Assembly: GCA_963663545.1 (NCBI GenBank)
Contig: OY760505.1
Location: 1,696,001-1,760,000, forward strand
Reading direction: 5' to 3'
Length of the DNA: 64,000 bases
Source: Candidatus Delongbacteria bacterium
GTDB taxonomy: Bacteria; CAIWAD01
A program made the position numbers and the translations under genes. The stretch's first letter is position 1; each line of letters opens with the position of its first letter. Below the pieces are notes generated by a model. That model searched no databases. It was not told the origin of the DNA and saw nothing but the letters and a program-made list of their open reading frames with translations. Of this stretch, positions 1 through 9,200 are shown in pieces.

Positions 1-113
1 CAAAACTCAGCGATTCGAAGTCGCTTGTACCATCGCTGATTAGCTTGGCTCTTTTTGTCATACCAGTTTATCTGGTCATCAAGCCTCTCCACCAGATACT
101 CTTCAGCATTCAT
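1..113 (-). CDS. DUF4231/SLATT-like membrane effector, 5' part only (runs off the window edge)
   Basis: Not in the ORF track. Manual translation from the ATG at 113 gives MNAEEYLVERLDDQINWYDKKSQANQRWYKRLRIAEF..., resembling the DUF4231 N-terminus (Y..ERL.DQI.WY..KS...). RBS GGAGGAG lies 3-4 nt upstream. Confidence 0.7.
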   Translation of the reverse strand, partial: MNAEEYLVERLDDQINWYDKKSQANQRWYKRLRIAEF

Positions 114-162
114 GTGCTCCTCCGCTCGGGTTTACACGCGAAAGGGAAAGCTCTGCACCCCT

Positions 163-1125
163 CTACACTTCCACATCCATATTAGCTGTATCCGGAAACG
201 CGTTCTGCAGGTTCACAATGATCTGCTTACGACACCAGGCATCGTCGTCGCGTGACCAAACAACTGTGTTGCAGTGATTTGTGTCGAAGTGGGGCTTCCC
301 CTTTTCATCGTCCCAGACGTCCTTCCTGCAGAAGTACAGCACAGGCCTACCCAGCCCCTCAGCGAACCCCGCCTCCCAATAGGCACCCCTGTTATGCGTG
401 CTCAGATCGACAAACAGAATTCTGGCCCGACGAATAGACACGCGCAAATGGTTGTCAATCACGCCGGGCTTTGACAGCTCATCAAGCCTTCTAAGCTCAA
501 AGCCAGCCTCCTTGGCAGCGGGCTTCCAAACATTCTCAACAGCGTCATCCAATTCAGCATTGCCAAACTGCATGGCCATGAAAACCAGATTAGATCCTGG
601 ATTGCTACGGAGCAGCTCAGCGCAGTGCTGCCAACCTGCTGGTGTTAAACGAAATGCCGTGTGATCAGGAAAAACTGCAGTGGCCGTGATGTAGCCAAGT
701 TGTCTGAAGTGCTCAACCAAATACTCGACTGATGCATGGTCCACCAAACCACAACGCCATAAAATCTCTGGCTCGTGGACTCTGACGTACTGGCTCACAT
801 GCTTCGCCTTCTGGTGGAAGAGAAGAATGAAGTTGTCGATTTGCTCTTCGGGCGAAGGAAGGCTGATCTTCTCGGCGTACTCATCGTAGTATTCCCGATC
901 AAGCACTGCGTCCCTATCTGTTCTGTGCCGGAGATGGTAGCTCCATACCGCAATCCGATAAGCACGCTCCTGCGCATCTTCAGGGAAAAGCTGTGACAAA
1001 GCTGGGATCGTTGATACAAATCTTCCGCAACGTGGGCAGCCGATCTCTAGAGCTTCGCCATAGTTGCTTTCCCTATGCCAGCATTCACCCTCGCAAACCG
1101 GGCACTGTTCAAGCTTATCCCACAT
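163..1125 (-). CDS. Zn-ribbon + winged-helix-like + nucleoside 2-deoxyribosyltransferase-like (NDT/TIR-like) domain protein
   Basis: N-terminal CPVC...CPRC. C-terminal VFMAMQF...IRRARILFVDLSTHNRGAYWEAGFAEGLGRPV...HFD matches the NDT-like pattern (DL...N....E.G.A...G.PV). Confidence 0.75.
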   Translation of the reverse strand: MWDKLEQCPVCEGECWHRESNYGEALEIGCPRCGRFVSTIPALSQLFPEDAQERAYRIAVWSYHLRHRTDRDAVLDREYYDEYAEKISLPSPEEQIDNFILLFHQKAKHVSQYVRVHEPEILWRCGLVDHASVEYLVEHFRQLGYITATAVFPDHTAFRLTPAGWQHCAELLRSNPGSNLVFMAMQFGNAELDDAVENVWKPAAKEAGFELRRLDELSKPGVIDNHLRVSIRRARILFVDLSTHNRGAYWEAGFAEGLGRPVLYFCRKDVWDDEKGKPHFDTNHCNTVVWSRDDDAWCRKQIIVNLQNAFPDTANMDVEV

Positions 1126-1217
1126 GGCTAACCCTCTGATGGTGTAAAATCAACTGCTTATGAAAGGCAAAGATACAGGTTGTACCACTGGCAGAGCAAG
1201 AGAAACACACCATCGTC

Positions 1218-1557
1218 TCAGGATGGCTGTCCCGCGCTTGTGACGTCGATCTTGCCGGTGACGGCTGCCGAAATCAAGGCCCCCTTCCGTTCAGCAAGCA
1301 GTCCGACCTGTGCTCTAAGCAGCTTCAGAAGGTTGTCAATCCGGTTCTCTGCTGCAGTAAGATGCTCGACTATTGCTTGTTGTAGAGAAGCACTTGGTGT
1401 AAAAGCAATTCTCTCGGCGTGGACATCGTTCCTGTCTACTCCAGGAACGGCTGATTTCTGCGAATGAAGTAAAAACAAGTGCTTTGCTGAGATCAGCATA
1501 TACTTTAAATACCGATAGTTATCAGTCGCTGCGACAGTGCTGTATAGCGTGGTATTC
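1218..1557 (-). pseudogene. hsdS: Type I RM specificity subunit, 3' fragment (end of TRD2 + C-terminal conserved region)
   Basis: NTTLY...QQAIVEHLTAAENRIDNLL...LLAERKGALISAAVTGKIDV is the HsdS C-terminal conserved helix. It joins the 5' fragment in frame once the IS is removed. Confidence 0.85.
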
Positions 1558-1621
1558 AGAAGTGGACCCCATTCGCTGGACAGTTTGGCGGCGTAGTTAA
1601 GGTGGACTCCCTGTGCATGGC

Positions 1622-2476
1622 TCATGCCGCCTTTTCTTCCGGCTCTTGAAGGTACGTTTCAAAAGGCGTTCTTCCGCCCTCGAGTGAAGAGTGCGGACGG
1701 TCGTGGTTGTAGTAGCGCATCCAATCGTCGATCAGCCTTCTGGCCCCCCCTCCCGTCTCCAGCTCGTGCAAGTAAATGCACTCGTACTTCAGCGAGCGCC
1801 AGAGTCGCTCAATGAAGCGGTTGTCCATCCAGCGGCCCCTGCCATCCATCGAAATGCGAATTCCTTCCTGCTTCAGCACTCCTGTGAAGTCCAGACTGGT
1901 GAATTGGCTACCCTGGTCCGTGTTGAAGACCTCCGGTCGTCCATACCTCCGTATTGCCTCTTCCAGCGCTTCCACGCAGAAGTGGCTGTCCATTGTGTTA
2001 CTGAGGCGCCAGGACAGTACTGCGCGTGTTGCCCAGTCCATGATGGCCACCAAGTACAGGAAGCCACGGCGCATCGGGATGTAGGTGATGTCCGCGCACC
2101 AGACCTGGTTCGGACGATCAATCACCATGTGTCTGAGCAGATAAGGGTAGATCTTGTGTTGCGGGTGTGGCTCGCTGGTCTTTGGCGCGCAGTAGATCGC
2201 TGCCATGCCCATCTTGCGCATCAAGCGTTGCACGCGCTTTCGTCCCACGCAGTAGCCTTGGCGACGCAGGTAGCGCGCCATCTGTCTGGATCCCAGGAAG
2301 GGGTGCTGCATGAATTCTTCGTCGATCAAGCGCATCAGCTTCAGGTTGAGCGGCGATTCGCCCTTGCCCGTGTAGTAGAAGGACGAGCGGGCGATGGACA
2401 CCAACTGACACTGCCTGTGGATGCTGAGCCTGGGGTGATTGGGATCCACCATCTCGACTCTCCGACCGTGGCTCAT
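1622..2476 (-). CDS. IS3-family transposase OrfB (DDE/rve integrase core)
   Basis: PNQVWCADITY, FNTDQGSQFTS and DNRFIERLWRSLKYE motifs. Confidence 0.95.
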   Translation of the reverse strand: MSHGRRVEMVDPNHPRLSIHRQCQLVSIARSSFYYTGKGESPLNLKLMRLIDEEFMQHPFLGSRQMARYLRRQGYCVGRKRVQRLMRKMGMAAIYCAPKTSEPHPQHKIYPYLLRHMVIDRPNQVWCADITYIPMRRGFLYLVAIMDWATRAVLSWRLSNTMDSHFCVEALEEAIRRYGRPEVFNTDQGSQFTSLDFTGVLKQEGIRISMDGRGRWMDNRFIERLWRSLKYECIYLHELETGGGARRLIDDWMRYYNHDRPHSSLEGGRTPFETYLQEPEEKAA

Positions 2477-2754
2477 CGACCGAAGGCTTTGGCTAAAAAA
2501 TCCCGTTCCATGGTCAGCTGGCCGACCTTGGCCTGCAGATCCTTGATTTCGGCTTCACGACCATCTGTAGCGAGCTCGCTTTTCTTGGCGAAGAGGGCAG
2601 GCAGATCCTCCTGCACCTTGCGTTTCCATTGGGCGATCATGTTGGGGTGCAGGTCGTGTTTTGCAGCCAGCTCAGCCAGCGTGTAGGCCCCGGACAGCGC
2701 TTCCAACGCAACACGGGCTTTGAATTCGGCAGGGAAAGTACGTCGTTTCTTCAT
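2473..2754 (-). CDS. IS3-family transposase OrfA (HTH)
   Basis: KRRTFPAEFKARVALEAL...HPNMIAQWKR. Slippery T-TTT-TTA at 2494-2500 and an ATGA overlap with orfB. Alternative start at 2769. Confidence 0.92.
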   Translation of the reverse strand: MKKRRTFPAEFKARVALEALSGAYTLAELAAKHDLHPNMIAQWKRKVQEDLPALFAKKSELATDGREAEIKDLQAKVGQLTMERDFLAKAFGR

Positions 2755-2824
2755 GGCTCCAGTCCTCATGTCGATAGGATGGGAGACACCTTAACATACT
2801 GTCCGAAAAAGCGGCCCCACTTCT

Positions 2825-3768
2825 TTCAGAGGCCAGTAGTCCTCTTCAATGAGGTAAAATTCACCGATGGTTCCGTACCTACCTGTTACAATTCCAGGGC
2901 CTAGCACGACAGGCTTCGCGACCTTGTCAATAATTCCCGCTGAGGAGACAAGAGGAACGCTTCCGTCCTTACGCAATTGTGTCGGCAAATCATGACCACG
3001 CTGAAATGAGATGACCCACTTCAGCTTCTTCACCTCCCAACCCTCCGGCACCTCCCCTAGCCACGGCACACCGCTATCCTTCATCTTGGCGTTCGGATCC
3101 AGGCCCTTGGTGACGGCGTGGGAGATCACCGCCTGCCGCTTTTCTTCCAGCAGCTTGATCAGCTCCTCCTGCTTGGCAATCAGGGTGTCGATCTTGGCGG
3201 TTTCGCGATCGAGGAAGTCGGCGATGGCTTGCTGCTCGGTCTGGCTTGGCAACGGCACAAGGAAGTTCTTAATCGGGTATACACCTAACCCATAGCGAGT
3301 AAGCCCATTAGCCCGAGTTGAGAACTCGCTTCGTGCATATCTGGAATCCAACAGATAGCGCAGGAAAGAACCCAAGAATCCATTGGTGGGCCGTAACAAG
3401 GCAAGATGATAACCACAGAGCACGCCGGGAAGATCATCGGGAACATGAGCTGGAACAGCAATGTCATTTCGATCTTCCGAGTCCTTGGTGATTAGCACAT
3501 CTCCTTTGCGCAGTTGGAATCTTTCTATCTGGTCAGTACTTGCTGTTGCGCCCATGAAATCAACAGCATTTGTTATATCGTTGTTATAGTAGACATCTGT
3601 GTAGTTGCACAAACGAACGCGAGTCTGTCCATCAACCGACAGCTTGTCAACATTGCTAGGTGTAACTGCTGCAATTGACTTCAGCCTGACGAAGTCCCAA
3701 CTCGCCGGGATAGCATCCAGACACGGTTGTGACACCATAGTCATCTCGCTCTGTGATCGTACTCTCAC
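2825..3768 (-). pseudogene. hsdS: Type I RM specificity subunit, 5' fragment (TRD1 + central conserved region + start of TRD2); the ORF continues into the IS to a stop at 2791
   Basis: IPASWDFVRLK...PLPSQTEQQAIADFLDRETAKID...AVISHAVTKGLDPNAKMKDSGVPWLGEVPEGW. The reconstructed gene is 1281 bp (427 codons), reading ...YWPL|NTTLY... Confidence 0.9.
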
Positions 3769-5729
3769 CCCTGCACCTCCCGCAGCAGCTCCATGATCTC
3801 GGCGCTGACCTTGGCCAGATCGGCGTCGATCTCGGCCAACGGGCGGGGCGGCACATACTTGTAGAAGTGGCGGTTGAAGGGAATCTCGTAGCCCAGCTTG
3901 GTCTTGTCGAAATCGATCCAGGCATCGGGCACATGGGGCAGCACTTCGCGCTGGAAGTATTCCTCGACGTCTTCTTTCAGCGGCACGTTTTCATAATCGC
4001 GCAGCTCGCTGTCCGCCTCAGGCTGGCCCTTGCGGTCGAGGCAAAGGGGAGCCTCGGGATCGCGCTCGCTCAGCGCCTGACAGATGGTTTTGAACAGCGG
4101 CGCGCTCAGGTCAACACCCTGCGTTTTGAAAGTAGCCTTGAGCAGTTCCTGGAATTCCTCGCGCCCCAGCTTGAGCGGCTGCTGCTCCAGAACCGCCAGC
4201 GCCGCCAGAATCTCCTGCTGTTTCGCTTCGGCCAACGTGGCGAAAGCTTTGGCCTGCTTCAGCTGGTCCAGCCGCTCGGCATTTACACTAAAGCGTAGAC
4301 GCAGGGGGCGCTCCACCGTGATACGGCGAAAGCCAAAATCCGTGTTGTCGAAGATCTTGGACTGCTCGTTCTGCGCGAAATCCCCAAACAGTTCCACGAT
4401 GCGCTTGATCTGGCTGGATGAGATACGCTTGCGCTTGCTGCCCAGGCTTTTGCGCATGGGTTTGTGAAAGCTGGTGGCGTCAATCAGCTGAATCTTGCCT
4501 TTGCGCGCGGCGGATTTGCGGTTGCTGATGATCCAGATGTAAGTAGCGATGCCCGTGTTGTAGAACATGTCCGTGGGCAGAGCGATGATGGCTTCCAGCC
4601 AGTCGTTCTCGATAATCCAGCGCCGGATCTCGCTTTCGCCGCTACCCGCGCTGCCCGTAAACAGCGGCGAGCCGTTCAGCACCACCGCCAGGCGCGAAGC
4701 CTCGCCCTTGCGGTTGAACTTGGAAATCATGTGCTGCACAAAGAGCAGCGAACCGTCGCTGACCCGCGGCAGGCCGGCACCAAAGCGTCCGCGGTAACCC
4801 TGCTGCTCGTATTCCTTGACGATCTCCTCCTGCACCTTCTTCCACTCCACACCAAAGGGCGGGTTGGAAATCAGGTAATCGAAGGTCTCGTTGGGAAGGC
4901 CATCGTCGCTGAAGCTGTTGCCCACGTGAATGTTGGCGGCTTCCTGCCCTTTGATCATCATGTCGGATTTGCAGATAGCGTAGGATTCGTCGTTGAGCTC
5001 CTGCCCGTATGCGACCAAGGTAGCTTGCGGGTTTAGCTCGCGCAGGTAGTTCTCTGCCACGCTGAGCATGCCACCAGTGCCGCAGGCGGGGTCGTAAATG
5101 CGCCGAATGATGCCCGGCTTGCCGAGCACATCCTCGTCTTCGCAGAAGAGCAGATCCACCATCAGTCGAATCACCTCGCGCGGGGTGAAGTGCTCGCCAG
5201 CGGTCTCGTTGCTCTGCTCCGAAAAGCGCCGGATCAGCTCTTCGAAGATGTAGCCCATGTCGATGTTGCTCACCTTGTCAGGATGCAGATCGGTTTGGGC
5301 GAAACGCTGGACCACCATGTACAGCAGCTTGTCCTTGTGCAAGCGCTTGATCTGGTCGGCAAACTTGAAGTGCTCGGTGAAGATCTCGCGGGCGTCCTTG
5401 CTGAAGCCCTGAATCATGTTGTTCAGGTTGGCCGCAATGTTGTCAGGGTCGTTCAGCAGCGTGGCAAAGGAATAGCGACTGGTATTGTGAAAGCTGTGCC
5501 CGCTGGCCGCGTTCAGAATCTTCTCGCGCATGGCGTCGGCGTACTTCTGCCCCGCAATCTCGCCGGCTTTGGCCAGCACCGCCGCGCGAGTGGGTTCCAG
5601 CACGCAATCCAGACGCCGCAGCACCGTCAGCGGCAGAACCACTTTGCCATACTCGGACTGCTTGTAATTGCCGCGCAGAATTTCTGCGATGGACCAGATG
5701 AAACCGACGTGTTCTGAAAACTTGTGCAT
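3765..5729 (-). CDS. hsdM: Type I restriction-modification N6-adenine methyltransferase subunit M
   Basis: GEHFTPREV, YDPACGTGGML (motif I), SNPPFG (motif IV). Start placed at MHKFSEHVGFIWSIAEILRG. Confidence 0.95.
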   Translation of the reverse strand: MHKFSEHVGFIWSIAEILRGNYKQSEYGKVVLPLTVLRRLDCVLEPTRAAVLAKAGEIAGQKYADAMREKILNAASGHSFHNTSRYSFATLLNDPDNIAANLNNMIQGFSKDAREIFTEHFKFADQIKRLHKDKLLYMVVQRFAQTDLHPDKVSNIDMGYIFEELIRRFSEQSNETAGEHFTPREVIRLMVDLLFCEDEDVLGKPGIIRRIYDPACGTGGMLSVAENYLRELNPQATLVAYGQELNDESYAICKSDMMIKGQEAANIHVGNSFSDDGLPNETFDYLISNPPFGVEWKKVQEEIVKEYEQQGYRGRFGAGLPRVSDGSLLFVQHMISKFNRKGEASRLAVVLNGSPLFTGSAGSGESEIRRWIIENDWLEAIIALPTDMFYNTGIATYIWIISNRKSAARKGKIQLIDATSFHKPMRKSLGSKRKRISSSQIKRIVELFGDFAQNEQSKIFDNTDFGFRRITVERPLRLRFSVNAERLDQLKQAKAFATLAEAKQQEILAALAVLEQQPLKLGREEFQELLKATFKTQGVDLSAPLFKTICQALSERDPEAPLCLDRKGQPEADSELRDYENVPLKEDVEEYFQREVLPHVPDAWIDFDKTKLGYEIPFNRHFYKYVPPRPLAEIDADLAKVSAEIMELLREVQG

Positions 5730-6134
5730 GATGGATCCATGTTGCTGATACTGATCGCCGTCACGGGCGTGTGCAGGTGACGAAGAAAGCCTCCATTTGC
5801 CTGGCCGGACTGCTGAATGAATGTAGGAATCGGGTGGGACAGCATGGCCAAAGGCGCTGCGCGTCTCCATTCCAGCGATTCTGAAGCTCACAGGTTGGCA
5901 ACACCTGTCTCGGCAATGACATTGCGGACAAACCGAAACACGCATATCCACATTGATCAAGACACCTGAACTATGCAATGACAATGGTGGCGCACACGCA
6001 CGGCAGTAGACAACGGAGAAAAGCAGGAACAATAATGAAGATCAACTGAAGTATTTTGAACAAACAGAACATTCAAACACAGCGCAAAGTATGTCACAGC
6101 GTTAACGATCAAGTGTTTATAACACCTATTCTTC

Positions 6135-6150
6135 TGGCGTGCAAATTGCT
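6135..6150 (+). promoter_or_regulatory. Putative sigma54 (-24/-12) promoter of the 1490-aa secreted protein
   Basis: TGGCGT-GCAAA-TTGCT (GG-N10-GC). IHF-like GATCAAGTGTTTA at about 6107-6119 in AT-rich upstream DNA. Confidence 0.55.
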
Positions 6151-6218
6151 TCACTACGCAATCAAACATCAGTGATTCAGCATTTTCGTTCTAAATCCGT
6201 CACTCGAGGAGGCATGCC

Positions 6219-9200
6219 ATGTCCCGCGCCCTATCCCCCCATTGCCTATTTCTATTCCTGTCAGTAACCAGCGCGGCACTGTGCCAGCAGCGCGTACAGT
6301 TTGAGGGCCATGAATACATGTTGGTTGAGCAGCGCATGACATGGCACAATGCGAAAGCCTACGCGGAATCCTTGGGTGGATATCTGGCGTGTGTTTCATC
6401 CGAAGAAGAGAACAGCTTTTTGTTTAGCACGGCCCCCTCTCATTGCTGGATCGGCGCAACGGACGAGGTCGTTGAAGGCGACTGGCACTGGATTGATGGG
6501 TCCCCGTGGTCCTACACGAACTGGGGAGTGGGCGAGCCAAACAACTCCGGCAATGAAGATTATGCAGCAATCACATACAGTTGCGGGGGATGCTGGAACG
6601 ATGCCCCAAGCACATCTATTGCCTATTCGATTATTGAATGGGACGGGGGCTTGAGTGGCGAAGTCGTGCTTACCGATGTCGGTACCCAACTTGGGACACT
6701 GGATATTGACAATGCTCTTGACATCATTCCTCTCGACTGGAACGACGACGGATGGATCGACTTCCTGACCGAGAACGAGGCTTTCGCGACAATGAAGCTG
6801 TACCTGAACAATGCGGGCACATCCTTCACGGACGCATCCAGCATGGTCTCAGCTCTTCCCGATTTCTATCGAGAGATCAGCATAGGCGACATTAACAACG
6901 ATGGTCAGCTTGAAATCGTGGGCACGGATGGTTGGCCAGGAGCATTGCGAATCTTCACCATTCTCAACGGTGCTGCTGTCGAGGTTTTCTCTGACGCAAG
7001 TCGCGACTACTACTACACTGTCTTGGCTGATTTTGACAATGATGGCGATCTGGAACTCGTAACCCGCGACAGCTACTACCCTTGCACCATGTACGTTGAG
7101 GATTTCAGTGCCGACCTTTCGACACGGACTGTGCTGCACATACAAGCTGGCGCAGGCTATGCGGCAGTTTCTGATTTCAACCTCGATGGATTCGCCGATA
7201 TCTTGTTCACTGATTTCAATGGATCCGGTTACCAATTAAACCCGACACACATGATGTTGAATGACGCTGGCCAAGGATTCTATCAAGCGACAACTACACC
7301 GCCAAACCTGCCATGCAGCGAATCAGCTGTCTTCGATTTCGACAATGATGGCGATTTCGATTTCTGGTGCGGTACTTCAGACATGATCTCAAATGGCCCC
7401 GAGAAGGTGTGGCTGCTCGAGCACAACGGCACACTGGGCTTCACGGATGTGTCCCAATCATCGATGCTCTATGGCTCCCACTATTACGGCCAAGCTGCGC
7501 TCGTGGACATCGACAACAATGGCTGGCTGGATTACTTCCAGGAAATAGGCGCGTGGACAGGCAATCATTTGATGATGAATACGAATGGCACGTTTGCGGC
7601 AGATCCCAACTTCTATTTCTCGGGTGGCAACACCTGCGGCCATTGTGGCTTGTTTGATTATGATCTTGATGGTGACATGGATGCTCTGTTCACAGAATAC
7701 TACTGGAATTCACCCCTGTCTCACCACACTTTCTATCGCAACGATACGCAGGGTGGTAAATATCTGACAGTCATCCCAACCTCTTCACTGGCAGAATTGA
7801 ACACACACGGCATCCGTATCGAATGCTGGACACAGGGCAGGGTGAATCTGCATCCCCTACGCGAAAGTATGCGCTGGGACGCCACACGTCATTTCCATTT
7901 CGGCCTCGGCACTGCGACTCAAGCAGATTCCCTGATCCTTCATTGGCCAACGGGCAACGTGACAAGGCTGTATGACGTGCCGGCAAACCAGTTTCTGGAA
8001 GTGTACGAATCGGACACGCAGCAGGATGATTGCCTGGCCTCCGAATCCTTCGACCACCCGGGCTCCCTGCCAACAGCTTGGACCGTCGAATCACGCGGCG
8101 GATCACGCACCAGCGCATGGCTGCCTGTCCAGCAAAACAACGATGATTGGGCCATCGAAAGCCATCAGGATGAGTACAGCGCACCCTTCGACGAATGGCT
8201 GATTTCGCCTGTGATCGATCTTGGCTGGTACGAGGCGACAACCCTCGGCATCTGGCAGGACTATCAGCACGCAGCTTCCAGCGCAACGATCAAGCTCAGC
8301 ACCAATGCAGGCTTCAGCTGGCAGACACTTCTGGAACAGACAGCCTCGGCAAACGGGCTGCTGGAACTGGACATCAGTAGCTACGCTGACGGCGAAGACC
8401 AGTGCCGCATTGCCTTTGTCTTCACGGGGGAATTCGCCACTGGAGGTGCAAGCTGGATGATCGACGAGCTCTGCCTGGGGGGACTCCCCGTACCGCCCAT
8501 GATCACGAATCCGATTCCCGCACAGAGCCCGCCCACAGTCTGCACAACACTTGATCCCGTCATTGGCTGCACGATCTACCACGTCGTAAACATCGATGGC
8601 AGCAGCATCGAATACCGCTTCGACGAAAACGGCGATGGACAGTACGAAGCGGAGGGGCCGGAGGCCTGGCAGAGCATGCCTACAGTCGCGGACAACGACA
8701 CGATCACCGTCAACCAAACCGTCGGAGTTGTCGCGAACGGCGTCTATCGCTTCGAGTTCAGGGCTAGAGCCGCCGAAAGCGACTACGCTTACTCGGGCAC
8801 AAGCCACCAGGAAGGAATCGCCGACGACTGGCTGGTAATCGTCAACGCAGATGAAGATGGACCGAACTATTCACAGCCACTCCCCAGCAATCAGCCGGAT
8901 CCGGAATGGACGCCTTCGCTGACGGCACAGGTGGGTGTCACAATTGGTGATACAAACAGTGGGGTGGATGCATCAAGCCTCGCCTACCGGATCAGAACCC
9001 TGTCGAAGCAAGCCGGTTCGCGCGACGACTGGCAGGCGCTGACGGGCTACACATCCGGTGCTGATATCGTTGTCCTGGAAAACATCAGCTTCCCCGCCGA
9101 CGGCGAATACTTCGTGGAATTCACGGCCACGGATCTGGCGAGTAACCAGTCCTTCTCCATGAACGGCAGCGGCGATGACGGCATCGAAGACGACATTGTT

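Larger units (their letters stand above)
1558..2824 (-). mobile_element. Complete IS3-family insertion sequence (1267 bp) inserted in hsdS
   Basis: Imperfect 26-bp terminal IRs AGAAGTGGACCCCATTCGCTGGACAG / AGAAGTGGGGCCGCTTTTTCGGACAG. 3-bp target duplication TTC at 1555-1557 and 2825-2827. Contains orfA and orfB. Confidence 0.93.

Noticed and set aside
1691..2686. 331-aa plus-strand ORF
   Set aside because: Antisense shadow of the IS3 transposase.
5730..6032. 101-aa N-terminal extension of hsdM in the ORF track
   Set aside because: No HsdM-like sequence before MHKFSEHV; probably an upstream open frame in intergenic DNA.
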